Assembly: GCA_002898395.1 (NCBI GenBank)
Contig: BEHE01000003.1
Location: forward strand, 32,001 to 96,000
Length of the DNA: 64,000 bases
From: Candidatus Calditenuaceae archaeon HR02
Lineage (GTDB): Archaea; Thermoproteota; Nitrososphaeria_A; Caldarchaeales; Calditenuaceae
Reading direction: 5' to 3'
Positions 39,360 through 47,526 of this stretch are shown here, piece by piece. The notes beneath the pieces are model-generated. The model searched no databases. It was not told the DNA's origin and saw nothing but the letters and a program-made list of their open reading frames with translations. Position numbers and translations under genes: made by a program. Every line of letters begins with the position of its first letter. Position 1 is the stretch's first letter.

Positions 39360-42134
39360 ATGAAAACTGTCCTAAGCAGGTTCGGTTTAAGCGCCTTTGC
39401 GGCTGTCATTGGTGTTCTCCTTCTGCTGTCTAGCACGGCTGTTCCAGTGTATGCGCAGTACGTGGCGCCTCACAGCAAGCCGGGACCGGCCGTCGACTCG
39501 ATAACGTTTAAGAGGGTTCCCCTAGACTTGGCCGCGGCAGCGGTAGAGGGTAAAGAAATTGATGCCTACATATTCGGATTAAGGCCGTCACAGGCTAGAG
39601 CGATAGTCGGTAAACCAGGCATTAAACTGTATCCGGCGCCTAGTGGCCTCTATTCCCTTATTCTAAACCCTGCACCGGCTCCGGCAGGCGAGCTGAATCC
39701 ATTATCAGACAGGGAGATACGCTTTGCACTGAACTACCTCATAAATAGGGATTTCATTGTTAGGGAGCTTTTCGCAGGTTTCGGAGCACCTATGGTCGTG
39801 TATCTGACGCCCTGGGACTACGACTACATTGCAAACATCGACCTGATACTCCGGTACGACTTCCGCTACGACCCTGCCTACGCATCCCAGATAATTGATG
39901 CGAGGATGAGGGCCCTCGGTGCCGAGAAGATAGGTGGTAAATGGTATTATCAGGGCAAGCCGGTGACGATTAAGTTCATCATCAGGGTCGAGGATGAGAG
40001 GCGGCAAATAGGCGATTCTATTGCATCTGATCTCGAGAAGGCAGGGTTCACTATTGATAGGATGTATATGGAGTTCGGGCCAGCTATTGAGACAGCGTAC
40101 AACACAGATCCTGGAGAGTTGAGATGGCACATCTATACTGAGGGCTGGGGAAGGACAGGTATTCTAAAGTATGATAGTGATCCTGGCGCATATATAGCGC
40201 CTTGGGAGGGTAACATGCCCGGCTGGGGCGTGGAGGGGTGGTGGCAATACCAGAACGCTGAGATAGACGAGCTGACGCAGAGGCTCTTCAAGGGTGAATT
40301 TGCATCCAAAGAAGAGAGGGACGCTATGATGAAAAGGGCTCTTGAGCTGGGACTTACAGATGCCGTTAGGCTCTGGATTGCAACGAGGTTAGACTCTTAC
40401 CTTGCTAGGGAAGAACTCACCGGAATTAGCCAAGACATTGGAGCCGGCTTGCGGTCGCTATTGGTCTGGAGAAACGCCTATGTTCGCGGCAAATCGGACT
40501 TGACACTCGGGCACCTCTGGGTCTGGACAACAAGGACCGTCTGGAACCCCATGCAGGTAGCATTAGTTGGCGGATTCGTCGATGTATACTCAGTTGACGA
40601 GGCGTATCTCACGTCCGACCCAAGTACTTGGATCCACCCCTATACGGGCATTCCAATCCCATTCCGCTCCAGCTGGGAGGTTAGAACGGCAGGGCCTGCT
40701 GGCTCGATCAATGTTCCGGCTGACGCCTATGTCTGGGACGCAGCAAACGATAGATGGGTCTCTGCAGGTGGTGCTACCGCAAAGAGCGTAGTGACCTTCG
40801 ACTATTCAAAGTTCTTACAGAGCGCATGGCACCATGGAATACAAATATCTCTCGCAGACCTACTCTACCATGTAGCTACACGGTTCGAAGTAGCGTTCGA
40901 TGAAGAGAAAAAAGCCCTCGAGCCCGCTATATCGGGGACACTATCCCCCTCACTTGAACCGGTTAAGGGGATACGGATTCTGCCAGATAATAGGGTTGAG
41001 GTATATATCGACTACTGGTTCTTCGATAATGCATACATCGCGCAGTTCGCGGAGCTGTGGCCTGCTCTAATGGTGCCCTGGGAGGTTATAGCGGCTACTG
41101 ACAGGCTTAACTATGTCGAGAAGAAGTATGCGTATGGCGGCAGCTCCGCTGCAGCGAGAGGAGTTAAGTGGATTAATCTAGTCCTTGCTGAACACGCCGC
41201 GGATGTGGTGGCCGAGCTGGAAAAGATGAAGTCTGAGGGATTCTTCCCCGAGAACTACTTCAGGATGGGTGACAGAGTCTTCGAGACGATAGATGATGCC
41301 ATGGGGAGATATGAGGCGGCCATTGGATGGGGGAATGAGCATAAACATATGTGGATAAGCAACGGCCCATTCTACCTCGACACATTCGACTCAGCCGCCC
41401 AGACCTCTGTTCTGAAGGCCTTCAGAGACCCTACCTACCCGTTCAAGCCCGGAGACAACTTCTACCCCTTCATCACTCCTGTCCAGATACTCAGGATAGG
41501 TAAGGGCACCGTGGTTCCTGGCTCCTCTGCCCAGTTCCTAATAGATGCTGAAGGTGAGGGGGTGTTGAAGTCTAGATATCTTATCAGGGATGTGGCGACG
41601 GGTCAGATACTGACTGTTGGCGACTCGGAGTCCGTGACGCCCAAGAGGATGCTCATCCGCCTATCACCAGATTTCACGTCAAAGCTTACACCTGGAGCAC
41701 TCTACGAGCTAATAGTCGCCACTTATAGCGAGGACGCTGCGACGATCTCTGTCTCCAGGGACTTTTTCGACGTCCTAAGCTTAGCGCCTGTGGAGCGGGA
41801 GATCGAAGCTGTCTCAAAGGAGCTCACAGATAGGCTCAGGACTGTCTCAGAGGATCTTGCAAAAGCCATCTCAGGACTTGGAGCAGCAGTATCGAGTGTA
41901 GACAGTAAACTTGACAGGACGGCTGACAATATCCGGAGTGAGGTGAGGAGTAGCGTGGAGGACGTGAGAGCTCGTGTCGATGCAGCCACAAACACTCTGA
42001 CCAACGATATAAGAAACCTCCAGGCAGTGGCTCAGAGCACGCTGACAGTAGCGCAGATAGTCATGGCCTTAGCCGTAGTAGCCATTATACTGTCAGTCGT
42101 TTCAGTAGTCAGGCGTCCTAAGGCACCAGCATAA
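39360..42134 (+). CDS. oppA: Peptide ABC substrate-binding protein with a C-terminal coiled coil and membrane anchor
   Basis: Signal peptide; NPLSDREIRFALNYLINR and SNGPFYL; divergent from oppBCDF; ATG 39360 likely. Confidence 0.85.
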   Translation: MKTVLSRFGLSAFAAVIGVLLLLSSTAVPVYAQYVAPHSKPGPAVDSITFKRVPLDLAAAAVEGKEIDAYIFGLRPSQARAIVGKPGIKLYPAPSGLYSLILNPAPAPAGELNPLSDREIRFALNYLINRDFIVRELFAGFGAPMVVYLTPWDYDYIANIDLILRYDFRYDPAYASQIIDARMRALGAEKIGGKWYYQGKPVTIKFIIRVEDERRQIGDSIASDLEKAGFTIDRMYMEFGPAIETAYNTDPGELRWHIYTEGWGRTGILKYDSDPGAYIAPWEGNMPGWGVEGWWQYQNAEIDELTQRLFKGEFASKEERDAMMKRALELGLTDAVRLWIATRLDSYLAREELTGISQDIGAGLRSLLVWRNAYVRGKSDLTLGHLWVWTTRTVWNPMQVALVGGFVDVYSVDEAYLTSDPSTWIHPYTGIPIPFRSSWEVRTAGPAGSINVPADAYVWDAANDRWVSAGGATAKSVVTFDYSKFLQSAWHHGIQISLADLLYHVATRFEVAFDEEKKALEPAISGTLSPSLEPVKGIRILPDNRVEVYIDYWFFDNAYIAQFAELWPALMVPWEVIAATDRLNYVEKKYAYGGSSAAARGVKWINLVLAEHAADVVAELEKMKSEGFFPENYFRMGDRVFETIDDAMGRYEAAIGWGNEHKHMWISNGPFYLDTFDSAAQTSVLKAFRDPTYPFKPGDNFYPFITPVQILRIGKGTVVPGSSAQFLIDAEGEGVLKSRYLIRDVATGQILTVGDSESVTPKRMLIRLSPDFTSKLTPGALYELIVATYSEDAATISVSRDFFDVLSLAPVEREIEAVSKELTDRLRTVSEDLAKAISGLGAAVSSVDSKLDRTADNIRSEVRSSVEDVRARVDAATNTLTNDIRNLQAVAQSTLTVAQIVMALAVVAIILSVVSVVRRPKAPA

Positions 42135-42287
42135 ATCTGAAAACCTTTTTTATATATAAAACATCAATCTGATGAAAATTCAAAAATTTTTAGACATTTT
42201 TTACAATTAAATGGGATTTTTTGCGAACATCTGACGGCATATTTATATTCTCCTACGGCGTCGCTTTTATCTCAAAGTGAGCTAATC

Positions 42288-43508
42288 ATGGTAGATACTG
42301 GTGATACCTCCTGGGTACTGGTCTCAGCCGCGCTTGTTATGTTGATGACGCCGGGTCTCGGCTTTTTCTACGCCGGCCTCTCGAGGAGGAAGAATGTTTT
42401 AGCCGTCTTGATGCAGTGCTTCATAGCTGTGGCTACAATCTCTGTCGTATGGACGCTCTGGGGGTATAGCCTGGCCTTCGGCCCCAGCCGGGGGGGATTT
42501 ATAGGTGGTCTGGATTGGCTCGGCCTATCCGGTGTTGGTGGTGAGCCTAACCCCGACTATGCTGCCACAATCCCGCATTCAACATATATGCTGTTCCAAT
42601 TAATGTTCGCCATAATAACTCCAGCACTGATAGTTGGGGCATTCGCGGAGCGTGTCAGGTTCGGGCCATTCCTACTATTTCTCGTCCTCTGGTCGACACT
42701 TGTCTACTCGCCGATAGCTCACTGGGTCTGGGGTGCTGGGGGCTGGCTGAGGAGTTTAGGTGCCCTTGACTTCGCAGGCGGGACGGTCGTCCACATAAGC
42801 TCTGGAGTCTCAGCCCTCGTGGCGGCGATGGTGATAGGTAGGCGGATAGGCTATGGTAGCTTTGCGATGGAGCTAAGCAGCCCTACGCTTGTCATACTAG
42901 GCGCGGCGCTCCTGTGGTTCGGCTGGTTCGGCTTCAACGGCGGCAGTGCACTGTCCTCTGGTGGCCTCGCCTCAAGCGCTTTTATGGCCACGCACCTAGC
43001 AGCCTCAGCAGCCGCTCTGACTTGGATGGTAGTGGGCTGGATACATAAGGGCAAGCCCAGTAGCATAGGAGCCGCAAGCGGAGCTGTGGCTGGCCTAGTA
43101 GCAATAACGCCAGCCTCAGGTTTTGTAGGGCCTCAATCGGCTCTATTGATAGGCGGAGTAGCCGGAATCCTATGCTACGTGGGTGTGAACCTAAGGGCGA
43201 TGCTTGGCGTTGACGACTCACTCGACGTATGGGGTGTCCACGGTGTAGGAGGCACCTGGGGGTCTATAGCAACAGGAATATTCGCAGACGCTACGATAAA
43301 TCCCGCAGGTGCCAATGGACTTCTTCTAGGCAACCCCTCACTACTGGGAGTGCAGCTTATAGGGGTCGCCGCAACCTGGGCCTACGCTGGCGCCATGACA
43401 TTCATCATAGTCAAGCTCGTGGACAAGCTGGTAGGACTGCGCGTTAAGCCGATGGAGGAGATGATAGGGCTGGATATAACGCAACACGGTGAATACGCGG
43501 TTGTGTGA
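42288..43508 (+). CDS. amtB: Ammonium transporter
   Basis: LMTPGLGFFY, DFAGGTVVH, WFGWFGFNGGS and DDSLDVWGVHG. Confidence 0.97.
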   Translation: MVDTGDTSWVLVSAALVMLMTPGLGFFYAGLSRRKNVLAVLMQCFIAVATISVVWTLWGYSLAFGPSRGGFIGGLDWLGLSGVGGEPNPDYAATIPHSTYMLFQLMFAIITPALIVGAFAERVRFGPFLLFLVLWSTLVYSPIAHWVWGAGGWLRSLGALDFAGGTVVHISSGVSALVAAMVIGRRIGYGSFAMELSSPTLVILGAALLWFGWFGFNGGSALSSGGLASSAFMATHLAASAAALTWMVVGWIHKGKPSSIGAASGAVAGLVAITPASGFVGPQSALLIGGVAGILCYVGVNLRAMLGVDDSLDVWGVHGVGGTWGSIATGIFADATINPAGANGLLLGNPSLLGVQLIGVAATWAYAGAMTFIIVKLVDKLVGLRVKPMEEMIGLDITQHGEYAVV

Positions 43509-43523
43509 GGGGGTGGGAGCTGG

Positions 43524-43865
43524 ATGAAGATGGTGCACGCTGTTATAAGGCCTGAGCTCCTTGAAGAGGTAAAAAGGTCGCTTGAGAAGGAGGGATTCTT
43601 CGGGCTCACAGTCTACGACGTGAGGGGGCGCGGGAGGCAGGACAGCTTCTCGTGGAAGGTAAGGGGGAACGTCTACAAGATAGACCTGCTGCCTAAGCTA
43701 AAGATAGAGATAGTGGTTGAAGATGACCAGGCCGGAAGAGTCGCAGAGATAATACAGTCAGCGGCTTCAACTGGAGAGATAGGTGATGGAAAAATATTCA
43801 TCACACATGTCGAGGAGGCCATACGAATTAGGACGGGTGAGCGGGGCCCCGAGGCTGTAAAGTAG
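43524..43865 (+). CDS. glnK: Nitrogen regulatory protein P-II
   Basis: VRGRGRQ, TGEIGDGKIF and IRIRTGERG; downstream of amtB. Confidence 0.96.
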   Translation: MKMVHAVIRPELLEEVKRSLEKEGFFGLTVYDVRGRGRQDSFSWKVRGNVYKIDLLPKLKIEIVVEDDQAGRVAEIIQSAASTGEIGDGKIFITHVEEAIRIRTGERGPEAVK

Positions 43866-43870
43866 AGCCC

Positions 43871-46282
43871 TTAACCTACGCTACCACTCATCTCAAGCTC
43901 TATGAGCCTGTTAAACTCTATCGCATACTCCATAGGGAGCGTTTTTGTGAAACTCTCCAAGAATCCGAGCACTATCATATTTAGGGCGTCCTGCTCAGGA
44001 ATTCCCCTGCTCATCAAATAGAAGATCTGGTCCTCACCTATCTTGCCCACAGTGGCCTCGTGCGTAACTGTAGCATCGTCCTCGTGGATCTCGTTGTAGG
44101 GGTAAGTATCTGTTCTGGACCTGTCATCGAGTATGAGTGCATCACATCTAACACTCGACTTCACACGCTTAGCTCCCTTCGCGACGTGAAGCAAGCCCCT
44201 ATAAGATGTCCTGCCCCCATCCTTGCAGACAGACTTAGAGGTTATCCGGCTGGTGGTATCCGGTGCGAGGTGGATTGCCTTGGCACCCGTGTCTTGGTGC
44301 TGGCCTCTGCCCGCAAAGGCTACCGAGAGGATTTCAGCCCGAGCCCCGCGGCCCAGTAGATAGACGCTCGGATACTTCATCGTAACCTTGCTGTTGTGGA
44401 CTATCATTCCTTGTGCTATGAAGTTGGCCGTTCCTTCAACCTCTATATCATATGTTTTCTTTTCACCCGCTGGTTCTATCTTAATAACAGGAACGAAGTA
44501 TACCTCTGTATCTGGTATTTGATCGCTGAAGTATAGGAAGTAGTGGGTATAAGTTTTCTTCCTCCTACCTAATGGCTTTTTCTCCTTTCTCTGCCATTTA
44601 CTTATTTTAAGCGGGTTAAGACCACACGTGATGGCAAGCAGCTTGGTGTCCTCTAGCAATTTCTTATTAACGCTACATACGCTGAGGTTTTTATGCCCCG
44701 ACCTCACATAACCATCTGCTGCTATGTAGCCTTGTATTAATGCGAGCTTCTGTGAACGAGGTAGTTTAAAGACCCATTTCGGTATCCTCTTTTCTCTAGC
44801 TTTTTTGGCTAGGCCTAGTGATGTTAAGAACATGGCTAAGTTTTTAGAATTAACTCTTAAGACGTTTCCCTGTCGCTTAGCATCTACCCCGAATATCTCA
44901 CTAAGTAATGTTTTAACACGCTTAGCCGCTGGATCATTCTCCGCAACCGCAAAGCATACACGACCCTCACCGTCTAGATATCCATCACCTAAGTAGAATC
45001 CGATTAACCACATAAGGTCGTCTGTTGTTTCAGGGGGCCATTTTATTGGCTTAGCATTTACGCTTGGTTTAAAGGTAATTTTATACGGCTTGCCTTTATC
45101 TGGAATCATGCCCACCACGCCCACTAAATCTCCTGGCTTAATATCCCTGAGCATTCTCCAGTGTAATTTAAAGAACCTGCCTTCTTTGGACAATGTCAGG
45201 AATGGGTGGTTATCAGTTGCAACGATCTCTCTGTAATTTGCTGTGGTTAGCTTATAAACGGGGCGGGGCGGATTAGACTTCTTCCCAACAACCCTTGAAG
45301 TCCTTATCCGGAGGTCGGGCCCTACAGTATAGACTAAATCACCAACCTCCACATCCCTAATCTTCTTGACATCATTATTGGTGAAGACGGCAGTTTCAGG
45401 AACCAAGCACCCTATGTTAGCGTCAACCCACTCGACAACGGCGTCCTCATACGCGAAGGCCCTCTTTGTCACGAGGTTGTAAACATCTGTGCTCCAGTTC
45501 TGGAGAGTCGTATACCTCACATAGGCCCCCTTCATTGCAATAATCTCCACAACAGCCGAGTGTAGGCTCTCTGAACTGTAGATGGGTGCGGTGCAACCTT
45601 CTATATAATGGACTTTGCTTCCTGGCTCGGCTATTATCAGCGTCCTCTCAAATTGGCCGACATTCGCGGCATTAATCCTGAAGTATGCTTGGAGTGGAAA
45701 CTCTACATGTACACCCTCAGGTACATAGACGAAACTGCCGCCGCTCCAGACCGCCGTGTTTAGGGCCGCGAACTTGTTGTCGTTTGGTGGAACGACCGTC
45801 CCAAAATACCGTTTAACAATAGAGGGATATTCTCGAAGCGCTGTATCCATGTCGCAGAAGATGACACCCTGCTTCTCAAGCTCTTTCCTAACATTGTGGT
45901 AAACGACCTCTGAGTCATACTGAGCCCCCACGCCTGCGAGGAACTTTCTCTCCGCCTCGGGAATTCCCAGCCTGTCAAACGTCCTCTTTATGTATTCGGG
46001 AACCTCCTCCCAGCTCCTAAACTTCCTGTCAGTCGGGCTGACGTAGTATCTTATCTTGCCGAAGTCTAGGCTACTAAGGTCCGCCCCCCACGTAGGCATA
46101 CCCCTCTCTACGAAGTATCTGTATGCCTTGAGTCGGAGCTGAGTCATCCACTCAGGCTCATCCTTAATCCTGGAAATCTCTTCGACAACCCTCTCCGAGA
46201 TTCCGGGCTGGAAAATATACTTGTATTCTACCTCGTCTCTGAAATTATATTTACTGTAGTCGAAGCTTATCTCTGTTGTCAT
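43871..46282 (-). CDS. sufB: Fe-S cluster assembly protein SufB with intein
   Basis: GQFERTLI, EGCTAP, LHSAVVE and KVTMKYPS; 339-aa insertion. Confidence 0.96.
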   Translation of the reverse strand: MTTEISFDYSKYNFRDEVEYKYIFQPGISERVVEEISRIKDEPEWMTQLRLKAYRYFVERGMPTWGADLSSLDFGKIRYYVSPTDRKFRSWEEVPEYIKRTFDRLGIPEAERKFLAGVGAQYDSEVVYHNVRKELEKQGVIFCDMDTALREYPSIVKRYFGTVVPPNDNKFAALNTAVWSGGSFVYVPEGVHVEFPLQAYFRINAANVGQFERTLIIAEPGSKVHYIEGCTAPIYSSESLHSAVVEIIAMKGAYVRYTTLQNWSTDVYNLVTKRAFAYEDAVVEWVDANIGCLVPETAVFTNNDVKKIRDVEVGDLVYTVGPDLRIRTSRVVGKKSNPPRPVYKLTTANYREIVATDNHPFLTLSKEGRFFKLHWRMLRDIKPGDLVGVVGMIPDKGKPYKITFKPSVNAKPIKWPPETTDDLMWLIGFYLGDGYLDGEGRVCFAVAENDPAAKRVKTLLSEIFGVDAKRQGNVLRVNSKNLAMFLTSLGLAKKAREKRIPKWVFKLPRSQKLALIQGYIAADGYVRSGHKNLSVCSVNKKLLEDTKLLAITCGLNPLKISKWQRKEKKPLGRRKKTYTHYFLYFSDQIPDTEVYFVPVIKIEPAGEKKTYDIEVEGTANFIAQGMIVHNSKVTMKYPSVYLLGRGARAEILSVAFAGRGQHQDTGAKAIHLAPDTTSRITSKSVCKDGGRTSYRGLLHVAKGAKRVKSSVRCDALILDDRSRTDTYPYNEIHEDDATVTHEATVGKIGEDQIFYLMSRGIPEQDALNMIVLGFLESFTKTLPMEYAIEFNRLIELEMSGSVG
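44393..45409 (-). mobile_element. Intein with LAGLIDADG homing endonuclease in sufB
   Basis: Junctions NIG|CLVP...ATDNHPF...IVHN|SKV; endonuclease motifs LIGFYLGDG and LIQGYIAADG; more AT-rich than its flanks. Confidence 0.95.
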
Positions 46283-46427
46283 TAGGCTCGGTATAACAGT
46301 GTTATTCCGCTATATAAGTTAATGGTGACAACAACCGGGCGGCTAACAGCCAAAATATTTACAACATATATACACACAAGCCGTTAATACGACACATTTA
46401 AATCAGCAAGAACCCAAACATCGACTG

Positions 46428-46922
46428 GTGATAGGAATGCTAGCAGTAGAGCAGGAAAAGGGGCTAAAAACTGCAAGTAGCAGGAAGATTCTGGTATATG
46501 TTGACGGGAATGGAAAGGATGTTAAGGCGTTGGAGGCCGCTGCTAAAATGGCTATAGAAGAGGGTGCAGAGCTTGTCGTTATGACGGTTTTGAAGAAGGT
46601 TAATAGAGTTCCTTACGAATTTATAAAGTTCGTCAACTCGGAGAGGTTTACCGACCCCCCACACTACCTCTACTATCAGTACTTAGGTAGAGCGGTTCTC
46701 GAACCATATGTAGAGATGTTGAGGACCATGGGTGTACCCTACGAGCTCCAGATAGAGTTCGGAGACAAGAAGGAGAGGATCGAGGCTGTCGCTAAAACCA
46801 TAAAGCCGTATAAGGTTGTCATGTCGGTGAATGGCGGGATACGCAGACAGTTCTTTGGTCTCCCGCTCTTTAGGGCTGAGGAAGGCCTAAGACTCGATTG
46901 CCCCATAACGCTGATACCGTAG
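46428..46922 (+). CDS. Universal stress protein (UspA)-like
   Basis: KILVYVDG..KALEAAAKMA..GAELVVMTV...CPITLIP. Confidence 0.75.
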   Translation: MIGMLAVEQEKGLKTASSRKILVYVDGNGKDVKALEAAAKMAIEEGAELVVMTVLKKVNRVPYEFIKFVNSERFTDPPHYLYYQYLGRAVLEPYVEMLRTMGVPYELQIEFGDKKERIEAVAKTIKPYKVVMSVNGGIRRQFFGLPLFRAEEGLRLDCPITLIP

Positions 46923-46969
46923 AAAGAGAATAATCACCCGCTACTACAGGCCTCAATGCGTGTCTTAAT

Positions 46970-47308
46970 TTATGGGGTTTTTATTTTAAATTCTTTCCCC
47001 TCACAGTCCACGACCCCCTGCACGCGTCTGATGAATGAGACGCAGTTGTAGCACATGAGGAATGGGATGGTCTGGCTAGCCACAGGGCACTCTACATACT
47101 CCTTCTTCATCTTCGCTATCATCTTATTGCTCAGGGATTTCCTCAGGCTCTCTATAATCTTTTGATCTACCTTGAGCGCCTTCTGAGATGTCTTAACCTC
47201 TACTCGATATTGCGGAGACCTCAAATCCTGTTGGCGCAATTGCTGAGCCTCGTTATAAATCATCCGCCATCGGTCTAATCCCTGATACACTGTGTAAGGC
47301 TCAGCCAA
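46970..47308 (-). CDS. Hypothetical protein with a C-terminal four-Cys motif
   Basis: VECPV...LMCYNC..FIRRVQGVVDCEG. Confidence 0.7.
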   Translation of the reverse strand: MAEPYTVYQGLDRWRMIYNEAQQLRQQDLRSPQYRVEVKTSQKALKVDQKIIESLRKSLSNKMIAKMKKEYVECPVASQTIPFLMCYNCVSFIRRVQGVVDCEGKEFKIKTP

Positions 47309-47388
47309 ACAGGTATGCGCGGCTCAACCGTTGATGGAGCGGTTTGGACCATGTGGATTCGTTAATGTTTATATATTGACCAATAGAC

Positions 47389-47517
47389 ATGTTCAGGCAC
47401 AGGCGAAGGGTGGTAGTTATTGCTTGGAGCCGTGAACTAGCTCCGCACATCCTACGTGTCACCGACCCTATTGAAAAATCTGCTCCGTCCCTTCGCATCC
47501 TCCTTCTTCTCTGGTGA
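47389..47517 (+). promoter_or_regulatory. Putative leader-peptide ORF (42 aa) / attenuator of the leuA-ilv operon
   Basis: My translation: MFRHRRRVVVIAWSRELAPHILRVTDPIEKSAPSLRILLLLW*. The stop overlaps the GGTGAGG SD-like site 9 nt before the leuA ATG. Confidence 0.6.
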
Positions 47518-47526
47518 GGGTGGACT

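Noticed and set aside
42135-42287. NrpR operator or sRNA upstream of amtB
   Set aside because: AT-rich with a T-tract, but there is no GGAA-N6-TTCC site. The short CATCA/TGATG repeat is too weak to call.
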